This document shows, one piece after another, positions 37,967-46,745 of a stretch of 64,000 nt of DNA; position 1 is the stretch's first letter, and each line of letters starts with the position of its first letter. The notes under the pieces were generated by a model, which was not told the origin of the DNA, did not search any database, and saw only the letters and a list, made by a program, of their open reading frames with translations. A program made the translations under genes and the position numbers. Source of the stretch: a virus; IMG/VR virus record IMGVR_UViG_3300025120_010645, positions 2,385 through 66,384 of that record. One strand, given 5' to 3'.

Positions 37967-38833
37967 ATGAGAAAAATATACGACTGCTTCTGTTTTTTTA
38001 ATGAATTAGATTTATTAGAACTTAGATTAAACATATTAGGTGACTATGTGGATTACTTTGTAATCTCAGAATCATCAGTAACACATACTGGACAACCTAA
38101 ACCTTATTACTATGAGGAAAATAAAGAACGTTTCAGTAAGTGGAAAGATAAAATCATACATCTAAAGATTGAAGACACCCCTAATGATTTCTTAAACCTA
38201 CCATTAATTGATGATAGTAATAATTTTGACAATAGATGTGTATCACAAATACACAACTTTATTTGTACTCAAACAAACAGGTTTAATCGAGCTACTGAAA
38301 TACACTACGGTAGAGATTTTTACCAAAAAGAATGTATTAGAAGAGGTTTAGAACATTGTAACGATGAAGACATTATCATTTCTTCAGACTGTGACGAAAT
38401 ACCAAACCCAGAAGTACTTAAAAATATAGATAAAATACTTAACGCTGGAACTTATTTCACCCTTAACCAAGACACTTATTACTATTATTTAAACTTACTT
38501 AAGGAGCGCGAATGGAAAGGTTCTAGGATTGGACTTTATGCTGATTTAAAAGATTATTCGTACAATGAATTAAGAGGAAATTCAAACACCACAGTACCAA
38601 ATGGTGGGTGGCACTTTAGTTTTATGGGTGGACCTGAAAAAGTTAAAACTAAAATAAATTCATATTCAGCTCAAGAAATGAACAATACCCACGTAATTAA
38701 TAGTATTGAGTCAAATATAAAAAATGGTATTGACCCATTCTTTAGAGGAAATTTAACTAAAGTAAATATTGACTCATCTTATCCAGAATACTTAGTAAAA
38801 AATATTAACAAGTATAAACATATGATTAAATAA
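37967..38833 (+). CDS. GT17 (GnT-III-like) glycosyltransferase
   Basis: IYDCFCFFNELDLLELRL, ES..THTG.PKP, SDCDEIP, GGWHFSF. Confidence 0.9.
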   Translation: MRKIYDCFCFFNELDLLELRLNILGDYVDYFVISESSVTHTGQPKPYYYEENKERFSKWKDKIIHLKIEDTPNDFLNLPLIDDSNNFDNRCVSQIHNFICTQTNRFNRATEIHYGRDFYQKECIRRGLEHCNDEDIIISSDCDEIPNPEVLKNIDKILNAGTYFTLNQDTYYYYLNLLKEREWKGSRIGLYADLKDYSYNELRGNSNTTVPNGGWHFSFMGGPEKVKTKINSYSAQEMNNTHVINSIESNIKNGIDPFFRGNLTKVNIDSSYPEYLVKNINKYKHMIK

Positions 38834-38842
38834 TCATTCTTA

Positions 38843-38870
38843 TTCACTTTTTTTAATATTTTACTATACT
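38843..38870 (+). promoter_or_regulatory. Sigma70-like promoter TTCACT-N16-TATACT
   Basis: Upstream of gmd. Confidence 0.5.
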
Positions 38871-38879
38871 TAAACAACT

Positions 38880-39875
38880 ATGAGTAAAACGGCATTAATC
38901 ACTGGTATAAACGGACAAGACGGTAGCTATTTAGCTGAACTTTTAATTGAGAAAGGTTATGAAGTTTGGGGGACTGTAAAAAGAAATTCAGTATCTGAAA
39001 CACAAACTAGTAGAATCGAACACCTACGACAAAAAAAGTTAATAAACCTAGAATACGCTGACTTAACCGACATGGCATCACTAATTAGAGTGTTAAGTAA
39101 ATTACAACCAGACGAAATATATAACCTAGCCGCACAATCTCATGTTAGAGTTAGTTTCGACCAACCAGTATACACAGCCAATGTAACAGGTATTGGGACA
39201 CTAAATCTATTAGAATCTATCAGAATGGTATCACCTAATTCAAAGGTATATCAAGCATCATCTTCAGAAATGTTTGGAAACAACATCGATAAAGACGGTT
39301 ATCAAAGAGAAACAACACCCATGACACCAGTATCACCATACGGATGCGCTAAAGTATTTTCTTATAATATTTGCAATAATTACCGTAATTCATATAATAT
39401 GAAAATATGGAACGGAATACTATTTAATCATGAATCACCTAGAAGGGGAACTAATTTTGTTACTAATAAAGTAGTAAAGGGTGCAGTAAGAATTAAATTA
39501 GGGTTACAAAATGAATTACACTTAGGTAATTTAGAAGCTACTAGAGACTGGGGACACGCTAAAGATTACTGTGAAGCAATGTGGCTTATGTTGCAAACTG
39601 ACGAACCAGGTGACTATGTATGCTCTACAGGGGTTTCACATTCTGTTAGAGATTTATGTTTTTACACATTTAAAAAATTAGGATTAAAATGGCAAGAACA
39701 TATCAAAATTGACTCAAAATTCCTAAGACCAGAAGAGTTAAAAGACTTAAAAGGTGACTCAAGTAAACTTAGAAATAAAGTAGGGTGGAAACCTAAATAT
39801 ACTTTTGAAACTATGCTTGACGAAATGGTTGAATATTGGTTAGAATATTATAAAGTTAAAAAAGAATTAATTTAA
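38880..39875 (+). CDS. gmd: GDP-mannose 4,6-dehydratase
   Basis: ALITGINGQDGSYLAE, LAAQSHVRVSF, QASSSEMFG, SPYGCAK, NHESPRRG, RDWGHAKDY. Confidence 0.97.
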   Translation: MSKTALITGINGQDGSYLAELLIEKGYEVWGTVKRNSVSETQTSRIEHLRQKKLINLEYADLTDMASLIRVLSKLQPDEIYNLAAQSHVRVSFDQPVYTANVTGIGTLNLLESIRMVSPNSKVYQASSSEMFGNNIDKDGYQRETTPMTPVSPYGCAKVFSYNICNNYRNSYNMKIWNGILFNHESPRRGTNFVTNKVVKGAVRIKLGLQNELHLGNLEATRDWGHAKDYCEAMWLMLQTDEPGDYVCSTGVSHSVRDLCFYTFKKLGLKWQEHIKIDSKFLRPEELKDLKGDSSKLRNKVGWKPKYTFETMLDEMVEYWLEYYKVKKELI

Positions 39876-40783
39876 TGGATAGAATTTTAGTTACTGGTGG
39901 AGATGGTCTTGTTGGTTCACAATTCAAAGGTGGGGATTATCAAAAAATAAACTCAAAAGATTATAACTTAATAAACCAAAGAGAAACCTACCATATAATA
40001 AAAAGAGATTGGGACGCAGTGATACACACTGCAGCTAAAGTTGGAGGTTTAGGTGAAAACATGGTAAAAAAAGGTGAGTTTTTTTATCAAAACATAATGA
40101 TGAATACAAATGTTATAGAATCATGTAGGATATCTGAAGTTAAAAACTTAGTTGTATTCCTATCTACCTGTGTGTTTCCAGATAATATAGAATATCCACT
40201 AACTGAAGATAAAATTCATCTAGGTCCACCTCACCCTAGTAATGACGCTTACGCATACTCAAAGAGAATGGCAGAAGTTCAAATAAGAGCGTATAGAGAA
40301 CAATACGGTTTAAATTATAAATCTGTAATACCAACAAACATATACGGACCAAATGATAACTTTAATATTGCAAACGGACACGTAGTACCAAGCTTAATAC
40401 ACAAGTGCTTTATAGCTAGAGAAACTAACTCAGATTTTGAAGTATGGGGTAGCGGTAAGCCTCTTAGAGAGTTTATTTTCAATAAAGATGTTGCTGAATT
40501 AACTAGATGGGTTTTAGAAAACTATGATGAAGACGAACCTATTATATTGTCAACTTCAGAAGAAATTTCAATAAAAGACTTGGTAGATATAATTACAAGT
40601 GAAATGAACTATAAAGGTAACGTTAAATGGCTTTCAGATAAACCAGATGGGCAATTAAGAAAACCAAGTGATAATAAAAAAATTAAAAACTATTTACCAA
40701 ATTACAAATTCACACCAATTGAAATTGGTATAAGAGAAACCGTTAAATGGTTTGAAGAAAAATACCCTAATATTAGAAAATAA
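39875..40783 (+). CDS. fcl: GDP-L-fucose synthase (Fcl/WcaG/ColC-type epimerase-reductase)
   Basis: TGGDGLVGS, AAKVGG, STCVFP, YAYSKR, PTNIYGPNDNF, WGSGKPLREF, KPDGQ. Confidence 0.95.
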   Translation: MDRILVTGGDGLVGSQFKGGDYQKINSKDYNLINQRETYHIIKRDWDAVIHTAAKVGGLGENMVKKGEFFYQNIMMNTNVIESCRISEVKNLVVFLSTCVFPDNIEYPLTEDKIHLGPPHPSNDAYAYSKRMAEVQIRAYREQYGLNYKSVIPTNIYGPNDNFNIANGHVVPSLIHKCFIARETNSDFEVWGSGKPLREFIFNKDVAELTRWVLENYDEDEPIILSTSEEISIKDLVDIITSEMNYKGNVKWLSDKPDGQLRKPSDNKKIKNYLPNYKFTPIEIGIRETVKWFEEKYPNIRK

Positions 40784-41769
40784 TGATAAAATGGTTTAAA
40801 AAAAATTTAGCAGCTTTTTCTTTAGCTATGTCTAGTGTAGAGAAAAACACACTAACTCAGGACGGGTTAACATTTGACATAGGGGAACGTGAGGAACAAA
40901 GTTATAAAAAAGGCACATTGGAATATGCCTTAGTAAATGGTGAGGTAACACAGGAAGTTAAAGACCTCAGATGGCGAATGTACAAAATGTTAAAAACTTC
41001 AGAAGGTTTAACTACTATAATAGTTGGTTACGATGATGACGGATTACCAATTACCGAAACAATTAAAACTAGTAAAAGCGCTGACAGGAGAAAATTAGAA
41101 AAAATAAAACTAGATTCCGAAGACAACTACCCTTTAGAAATGGTCCAAAGTAATCTACCAATAGTTATGGGTGCAGCAGAAGCTGGATTAAACGGTAATA
41201 TTACAGGGTATACTGACGAAGAAATAATAAACAAAACTAACACTAGTGGAAAATACACTGATTCAAATTACGAATCAGGCACAACATTAGGTGAAATAAA
41301 CAATAATGATTATAATTCGTTTATTAAATCAGAAAGACCAGTTAAAATTACTAGAGAGTTCAAACCAAAGTTTGAGATAGAACAATTTACAAAAAAATTA
41401 AATATAAGAGCTATTGATGATGAGAATAAATTATTAGAATTTTACATTAGTATATATCCTGATAAATATGATAGAAAAACAAATCTATTATTATCAGAAA
41501 TAAAAAGAGCTATTAAAAACCCAAGAGGAACTAGCATTTTAGATGTTAATAAAGTAAATTTTATTACTTATAAAACTATGGGTAGTAAAGATTTTTACGA
41601 ATACGAATATGATGTATTATCATTTGATAAAATAGTTAAATTTGATGGTTTTTATGTTATTAAATTTAAATGTAAAGCAATTTTAAATGGAAGATATTTA
41701 TTAGAAGAATATAGAGAAGTTGAGTTAGATAAAAAATATAAAAACAAAGAAAGAAAACACATTAAATGA
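40783..41769 (+). CDS. Hypothetical protein
   Basis: 328-aa ORF translationally coupled to fcl and phoH. Confidence 0.75.
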   Translation: MIKWFKKNLAAFSLAMSSVEKNTLTQDGLTFDIGEREEQSYKKGTLEYALVNGEVTQEVKDLRWRMYKMLKTSEGLTTIIVGYDDDGLPITETIKTSKSADRRKLEKIKLDSEDNYPLEMVQSNLPIVMGAAEAGLNGNITGYTDEEIINKTNTSGKYTDSNYESGTTLGEINNNDYNSFIKSERPVKITREFKPKFEIEQFTKKLNIRAIDDENKLLEFYISIYPDKYDRKTNLLLSEIKRAIKNPRGTSILDVNKVNFITYKTMGSKDFYEYEYDVLSFDKIVKFDGFYVIKFKCKAILNGRYLLEEYREVELDKKYKNKERKHIK

Positions 41770-42578
41770 AAATTAAAACTAAAAATGTGACCAATGAAGA
41801 CTTCGAAGAAATTCAAGACTACATGGATAAAAAAAATAAAAATAAAAAGAACATGACTAGAAACCCTATTAATGAATTCACAAACTCTTACAGTGTAAGA
41901 GACTTCACATGTAAGTCTGAAAATCAAAAAAAGATTATAAAGTCCATATGTAATAAAGACACCATTATAACAGTAGTTCATGGCCAAGCTGGTACGGGTA
42001 AAACATTTTCTGCAATACAAGGAATGTTAAAACAATTTAAATCAGCTTATAAATCAGGTGAAGGGTATAATAAAATATATTTATTAAAATCAGTTAAGAC
42101 CCTTGACAATAAGTCAGAAGATATTGGGTTTTTAAAAGGTACAATGGAAGAAAAAATTGCACCATTTATGTTTTCATATGACTTTAACTTTGCTCAAATC
42201 GTAGATAAAGTAGCGTATGGGGTAGCTAGAGAAACACAACTTATAGAATTCTTACCATTAGCCTATATAAGAGGTATTGGACTAAGTGATTGTATTATTA
42301 TACTAGATGAAGCTCAAAATGTAAATAATTCAATACTAAGAACCGTATTGTCTCGAATAGGAAAAAACTGTAAATTAATAATACTTGGTGACACTAAACA
42401 AAAAGACAGTTCAAACGGACATACGTCTGGATTAAATTTAATGGTAAAACATTTTGGTGGAATTAAAGGAATAGACTTTATCGAAATGGGTCCAGAAGAC
42501 CAATCAAGAGCTAACATAATTAGCGTTATTGAAGACAAATATGATGACCTTGAAAACCAAGGAATAAATATAAGTTAA
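41766..42578 (+). CDS. phoH: PhoH-family ATPase
   Basis: GQAGTGKT, IGFLKG, PLAYIRG, ILDEAQN, LSRIG, LGD.KQ.D. Confidence 0.93.
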   Translation: MKIKTKNVTNEDFEEIQDYMDKKNKNKKNMTRNPINEFTNSYSVRDFTCKSENQKKIIKSICNKDTIITVVHGQAGTGKTFSAIQGMLKQFKSAYKSGEGYNKIYLLKSVKTLDNKSEDIGFLKGTMEEKIAPFMFSYDFNFAQIVDKVAYGVARETQLIEFLPLAYIRGIGLSDCIIILDEAQNVNNSILRTVLSRIGKNCKLIILGDTKQKDSSNGHTSGLNLMVKHFGGIKGIDFIEMGPEDQSRANIISVIEDKYDDLENQGINIS

Positions 42579-42601
42579 TTATTATTTTTTTATATATATA
42601 G

Positions 42602-42629
42602 TTTACTTTATCAGTATCTAACTTATAAT
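42602..42629 (+). promoter_or_regulatory. Sigma70-like promoter TTTACT-N16-TATAAT
   Basis: Immediately upstream of ATG 42637. Confidence 0.55.
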
Positions 42630-42636
42630 TGTTATT

Positions 42637-43248
42637 ATGAGAATAGGTATTACACTTGATGAAGTATTAAGAGACACGTTAACACAATTTTTATACACGT
42701 ATGAAAAATACTATAACGTTGAAACAGATTTAAAAATCGATGACATAACATCTAAAAACTTTAGTGATTTTGTAGACTTTAAGTCTTTAGATGATATGAA
42801 TAAGTTTCTATACGAAGAAGCTTCATTAGAAATTTTTGGACATGCAGACCAAAAACTCAATAATCTAATGAGTAAATTCAACACCTTTTTAATTGATATT
42901 AAAGATGAAGAAGAGCACTCAATAGAAATAATCTCAAGGGAGATACACAGTAGTATCCCATCAAGCCTATTCTTTTTATCTAAATTGTCATGTAGGGCTG
43001 AAAACATAAGGTTTGTTCAAGACCATGAAAAATACTGGGAAGGTATCGATATTCTAGTTACCGCAGACCCAAAAGCCTTAGACACTAAACCAGACGATAA
43101 ATTATCAGTTAAAATAAAGGCACCATATAACAGTGGTTCCTCAGCTGATTTTGAACTGGAGTCAATATTACCATTTATTCGTTATGAAAGTTTAAGAGAT
43201 AAAATTTTAAATACAAAAATAACAAATTACGAAAATATAGAAGAATAA
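42637..43248 (+). CDS. HAD-fold 5'(3')-deoxyribonucleotidase-like protein, degenerate motif I
   Basis: MRIGITLDEVLRD (canonical pattern IGIDxDGVLxD), IISR, APYN. Confidence 0.65.
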   Translation: MRIGITLDEVLRDTLTQFLYTYEKYYNVETDLKIDDITSKNFSDFVDFKSLDDMNKFLYEEASLEIFGHADQKLNNLMSKFNTFLIDIKDEEEHSIEIISREIHSSIPSSLFFLSKLSCRAENIRFVQDHEKYWEGIDILVTADPKALDTKPDDKLSVKIKAPYNSGSSADFELESILPFIRYESLRDKILNTKITNYENIEE

Positions 43249-43249
43249 T

Positions 43250-43603
43250 ATGATTGAAATTGGAGGAGTAGAATACTACATAGACCTTGACAACCTTGAC
43301 AAGGTAATAATAAGCAAAACAAATAAAGGTAAAACCGTTATAGAAACTGAAACAAAAACTATTGTTGACAGTGATGGTAAAATAATAAGTACCGAAATAA
43401 TCGAAAGAGCGTCTGAACGTCATAGAGAAATAAACATGGCTAAATATGAAACAATAAGAGCACTTATCGAAATTATATTAACAACAATGGATGAAATTGA
43501 CGATGAATTAGGTATTGATAGAGCATTAGGTGATTTACCATTACCATTTAAATTAAGCTTTAACACACTAATTGGTCACGGAATAATAAGTGAAAGAAAA
43601 TAA
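43250..43603 (+). CDS. Hypothetical protein
   Basis: 117-aa ORF within the operon. Confidence 0.7.
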   Translation: MIEIGGVEYYIDLDNLDKVIISKTNKGKTVIETETKTIVDSDGKIISTEIIERASERHREINMAKYETIRALIEIILTTMDEIDDELGIDRALGDLPLPFKLSFNTLIGHGIISERK

Positions 43604-43625
43604 TAAATAATAAATTAAATTAAAT

Positions 43626-44744
43626 ATGGAAGAAAAAGAAAAAGTAGAAAAAGAACTTGTTGAAGGTATTTTAACAAAGTTAGATAATAAAGATTTTGGG
43701 TTATATTTTTTTACCCTAGACACTAAAGGTAATCCAGCTGCTGGTATCGCCAATATATATGAGCATGTTAAACTATTAACTGAATTAGGTCATACAGCGT
43801 ACATTTTACATGAAAAAAATGATTACAAATTAAGAGGTGACGCAGAAGGTATGGGGGTAGCAGATTGGCTAGGTGAGGAATATGCAAAACTACCTCATAT
43901 TTCAATTGAAAGTCAGGGCATTCAAATTAAACCTGAAGACTTTCTAATTGTTCCAGAGATTTTTTCAAACGTTATGGACCAAGCTAAAAAATTTCCATGT
44001 AAAAAAATAGTCTTATCACAAAATTATGATTATTTACTTGAATTATTACCACTTGGTAGAAGATGGTCTGATTACGGTTTTAACGATGTAATAACAACGA
44101 GTCAAAAACAGGCAGATTACGTAACCTCACTTTTTCCTTCAACTAGAAGTAAAGTAATTCCTGTTAGTATTCCTGAATATTTCAAACCATCTGATAAACC
44201 AAAAATACCAGTAGTATCTATATCAGCAAGAGAACAGGGTACTGCAGCTAAGATAGCAAAGATGTTTTATTTACAATACCCACTTTACAAATGGATTACT
44301 TTTAAAGAACTAAAAGGTTTAAGTAGAAAAGATTTTGCTGAAGACTTAGGTAAATCTTGTTTAAGTGTATGGATAGATGACCAGTCTGGTTTTGGTACAT
44401 TCCCACTAGAAGCTATGGAGTCTAACACACCTATAATTGGTAAAATGCCGAATATGATTCCAGAATGGATGGAAGATGTCAATGAGGAAGGGCAAGCTGC
44501 AATAAAAAATAACGGAATCTGGACAAACACACATCTAAATATACCTGAATTAATCGCAACATATTTAAAAGTTTGGCTTGAAGACTCAGTACCTCAAGAC
44601 TTACTTGATGGTATTGAAGAAAGTAAGGGTAAATACACTTCTAGTAACCAAAAAACAATACTAGAAGAAGTATATACCTCACTAATTCAAGACAGAAAAG
44701 ATGAATTAAATAACACTATTAAAGTATTAGAAAATCAAAAATAA
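43626..44744 (+). CDS. GT-B (GT4-like) glycosyltransferase
   Basis: GIANIYEHV..L...G, IVPE, SGFGTFPLEAM. Confidence 0.75.
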   Translation: MEEKEKVEKELVEGILTKLDNKDFGLYFFTLDTKGNPAAGIANIYEHVKLLTELGHTAYILHEKNDYKLRGDAEGMGVADWLGEEYAKLPHISIESQGIQIKPEDFLIVPEIFSNVMDQAKKFPCKKIVLSQNYDYLLELLPLGRRWSDYGFNDVITTSQKQADYVTSLFPSTRSKVIPVSIPEYFKPSDKPKIPVVSISAREQGTAAKIAKMFYLQYPLYKWITFKELKGLSRKDFAEDLGKSCLSVWIDDQSGFGTFPLEAMESNTPIIGKMPNMIPEWMEDVNEEGQAAIKNNGIWTNTHLNIPELIATYLKVWLEDSVPQDLLDGIEESKGKYTSSNQKTILEEVYTSLIQDRKDELNNTIKVLENQK

Positions 44745-44749
44745 TTTAT

Positions 44750-45568
44750 ATGGACAAGAATAAAAAAATAAAAACAGACATAAGTGTAGTTTTACCTATT
44801 CATGAATTAAATAATGAAAAAGAGGTTGCACTGTTTAAAACAGCAATTGAAAGTGTTGTAAATCAAGAATCAAAACCAGAAGAACTACTAATTGTAGTTC
44901 CAATCGGTTCAAAAGTAGAAGAAACTATGAAAACTTTTGACTTTGGTGAGGCAAAAGACATCGTAAAAGTTGTTGTTAATCCAGATGGAGCTGGTTTTCA
45001 AGCTCAAATTAATTACGGAGTAAGCCAAGTAAAAAGCAAATGGTTCAGTTTTTTAGAATTTGATGATGAGTATTCAAATAAGTGGTTTAAGAATGTTGTT
45101 GAGTACAGAGAAGCTCACACAGATGTTGAAATGTTTATGCCCATCATCGTTGATACAGACTCTAACAGTGGAGCCTTTATGGGGTTGACTAATGAAGCTG
45201 TTTGGGCCAATTCATTTTCAGATGAATTAGGTATACTTGACGAAAACGGATTATTAACATTTCAAAACTTCAACATAGACGGTCTTGTTATGCAGAAAGA
45301 AGCATTTGACAACTGGGGTGGTTTTAAGAAAAATATAAAACTAACCTTTATTTATGAATTCTTATTAAGAATGGTAACTAATGGGGTTAAATCCATGGTA
45401 ATTCCTAGATTTGGTTACAAACACCAAAACAAAAGAGAGGGTTCTTTATTCGAACAATATGCAAACGAAATGGACACACTAGAAGCTAAATGGTGGTTAG
45501 ACCAAGCTAAAAAAGAATATTTCCATAAAAAAGAACGAGACATAAGCTACGACAAAAGTATATCTTAA
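44750..45568 (+). CDS. GT2 glycosyltransferase
   Basis: ISVVLPIH, AIESV.NQ, QINYG, FLEFDD, GGF, EFLLR. Confidence 0.85.
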   Translation: MDKNKKIKTDISVVLPIHELNNEKEVALFKTAIESVVNQESKPEELLIVVPIGSKVEETMKTFDFGEAKDIVKVVVNPDGAGFQAQINYGVSQVKSKWFSFLEFDDEYSNKWFKNVVEYREAHTDVEMFMPIIVDTDSNSGAFMGLTNEAVWANSFSDELGILDENGLLTFQNFNIDGLVMQKEAFDNWGGFKKNIKLTFIYEFLLRMVTNGVKSMVIPRFGYKHQNKREGSLFEQYANEMDTLEAKWWLDQAKKEYFHKKERDISYDKSIS

Positions 45569-45569
45569 A

Positions 45570-46313
45570 ATGGCTAAAAAAAGAGGACGTAAAAGAAAAA
45601 ACGATTTATACTTTGGTCCCGAACAAGAGAAAGCTGTTTTAAAATATTTAGATACAGAGAACGAAAAAGAAAGGAATGCAGTCTATAATGAGTGGCTTAA
45701 AGAACCACTCAATAAGATGATTGAATCAATAATTAGGAAATACAAACTGTATAGAAAGATAGAGTCATTTGAACATTTACATTCAGATACTCTTTCATTC
45801 CTAATCACAAAAGCTCATAAATTTGAAAATTCTAAAGGTAAGAAAGCTTATTCTTATTACGGAACAATATGTAAAAATTATATTCTAGGGTTACTAATTG
45901 CTGATGAGAAAAAAATAAAGCAAGTGGAATCATATGAAAATGTAAGTGTTGTGGTCGAACATAAACCAGACCAACAATACGAACTTGATGACAATGAATT
46001 TACTATGAGTAAATTCATAAACAGGTTAATTGATAACATCAATGATGAAATAAACGGAAACTGTAAGGGCAGTAAAAAAAAGTTAAATGAAAATGAACTT
46101 AAGGTTGGTTACGCTTTAATCGACATACTTAAAGACTGGGAGGTGACTCTAGACCTTATGAGTGGAGGCACTAAGTTTAACAAAAACTCAATACTTGAAA
46201 GTATGAGAAGATATACTGGCTTAACAACCAAAGATATTAGATTAGGTATGAAGAGATATAAGATTCTATATGACCTGGTTAAAATAGATGGAATGGAAAA
46301 CGGTATAAAATAA
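45570..46313 (+). CDS. Sigma-70 region-2 protein, T4 gp55-like late sigma factor candidate
   Basis: KF..SKGKKAYSYYGTICKNY resembles sigma region 2.3-2.4 as in gp55-type factors; no obvious canonical region 4. Confidence 0.65.
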   Translation: MAKKRGRKRKNDLYFGPEQEKAVLKYLDTENEKERNAVYNEWLKEPLNKMIESIIRKYKLYRKIESFEHLHSDTLSFLITKAHKFENSKGKKAYSYYGTICKNYILGLLIADEKKIKQVESYENVSVVVEHKPDQQYELDDNEFTMSKFINRLIDNINDEINGNCKGSKKKLNENELKVGYALIDILKDWEVTLDLMSGGTKFNKNSILESMRRYTGLTTKDIRLGMKRYKILYDLVKIDGMENGIK

Positions 46314-46326
46314 AAGGTATTATTAG

Positions 46327-46334
46327 ATATTTAT
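46327..46334 (+). promoter_or_regulatory. Putative late promoter motif ATATTTAT
   Basis: 16 nt upstream of ATG 46351. Confidence 0.65.
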
Positions 46335-46350
46335 TTATAAACACTTTACC

Positions 46351-46743
46351 ATGCCAAGAAAAAAAAAACAACAGATAAAACTTAACGATTCTTCGGCTAT
46401 AGAGGGATTACTTCAAGAAATCTATAACGATGCTTGTGGAAATATAGTAGCAGCTCAAAATAATATAAACGAAATGAGTAACGCTGCAGAACCTGAAGAC
46501 GTAGACGATTTAACTAAAATAGCCAAAGAAAAAACTAGTGCGTTGAAAATTAAAGATTCAGCCATGAGGATGAAACTAGAGGTAGCTAAATTACAAACTG
46601 ACGTTTTAAAACACGGAGGTGATACTGAAAAAGCTGTGAATGAAAAAGCTGGTGGAAAGGTATCAATAAATGACTTTAAAGCTGTTAGAAGAATGATGGA
46701 GGAAAACTCCAAAAATGATAACTCTGATAAAAGTGAAAACTAA
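46351..46743 (+). CDS. Hypothetical helical protein
   Basis: 130-aa ORF, first gene of a late operon. Confidence 0.75.
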   Translation: MPRKKKQQIKLNDSSAIEGLLQEIYNDACGNIVAAQNNINEMSNAAEPEDVDDLTKIAKEKTSALKIKDSAMRMKLEVAKLQTDVLKHGGDTEKAVNEKAGGKVSINDFKAVRRMMEENSKNDNSDKSEN

Positions 46744-46745
46744 TT

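Noticed and set aside
20286-45568. Interpretation as a host O-antigen/capsule locus or prophage-host junction
   Set aside because: No flippase, polymerase or export genes; interleaved with phage-type dut, phoH and a sigma factor; shares a promoter class with the helicase and portal genes; no integrase or att site seen.
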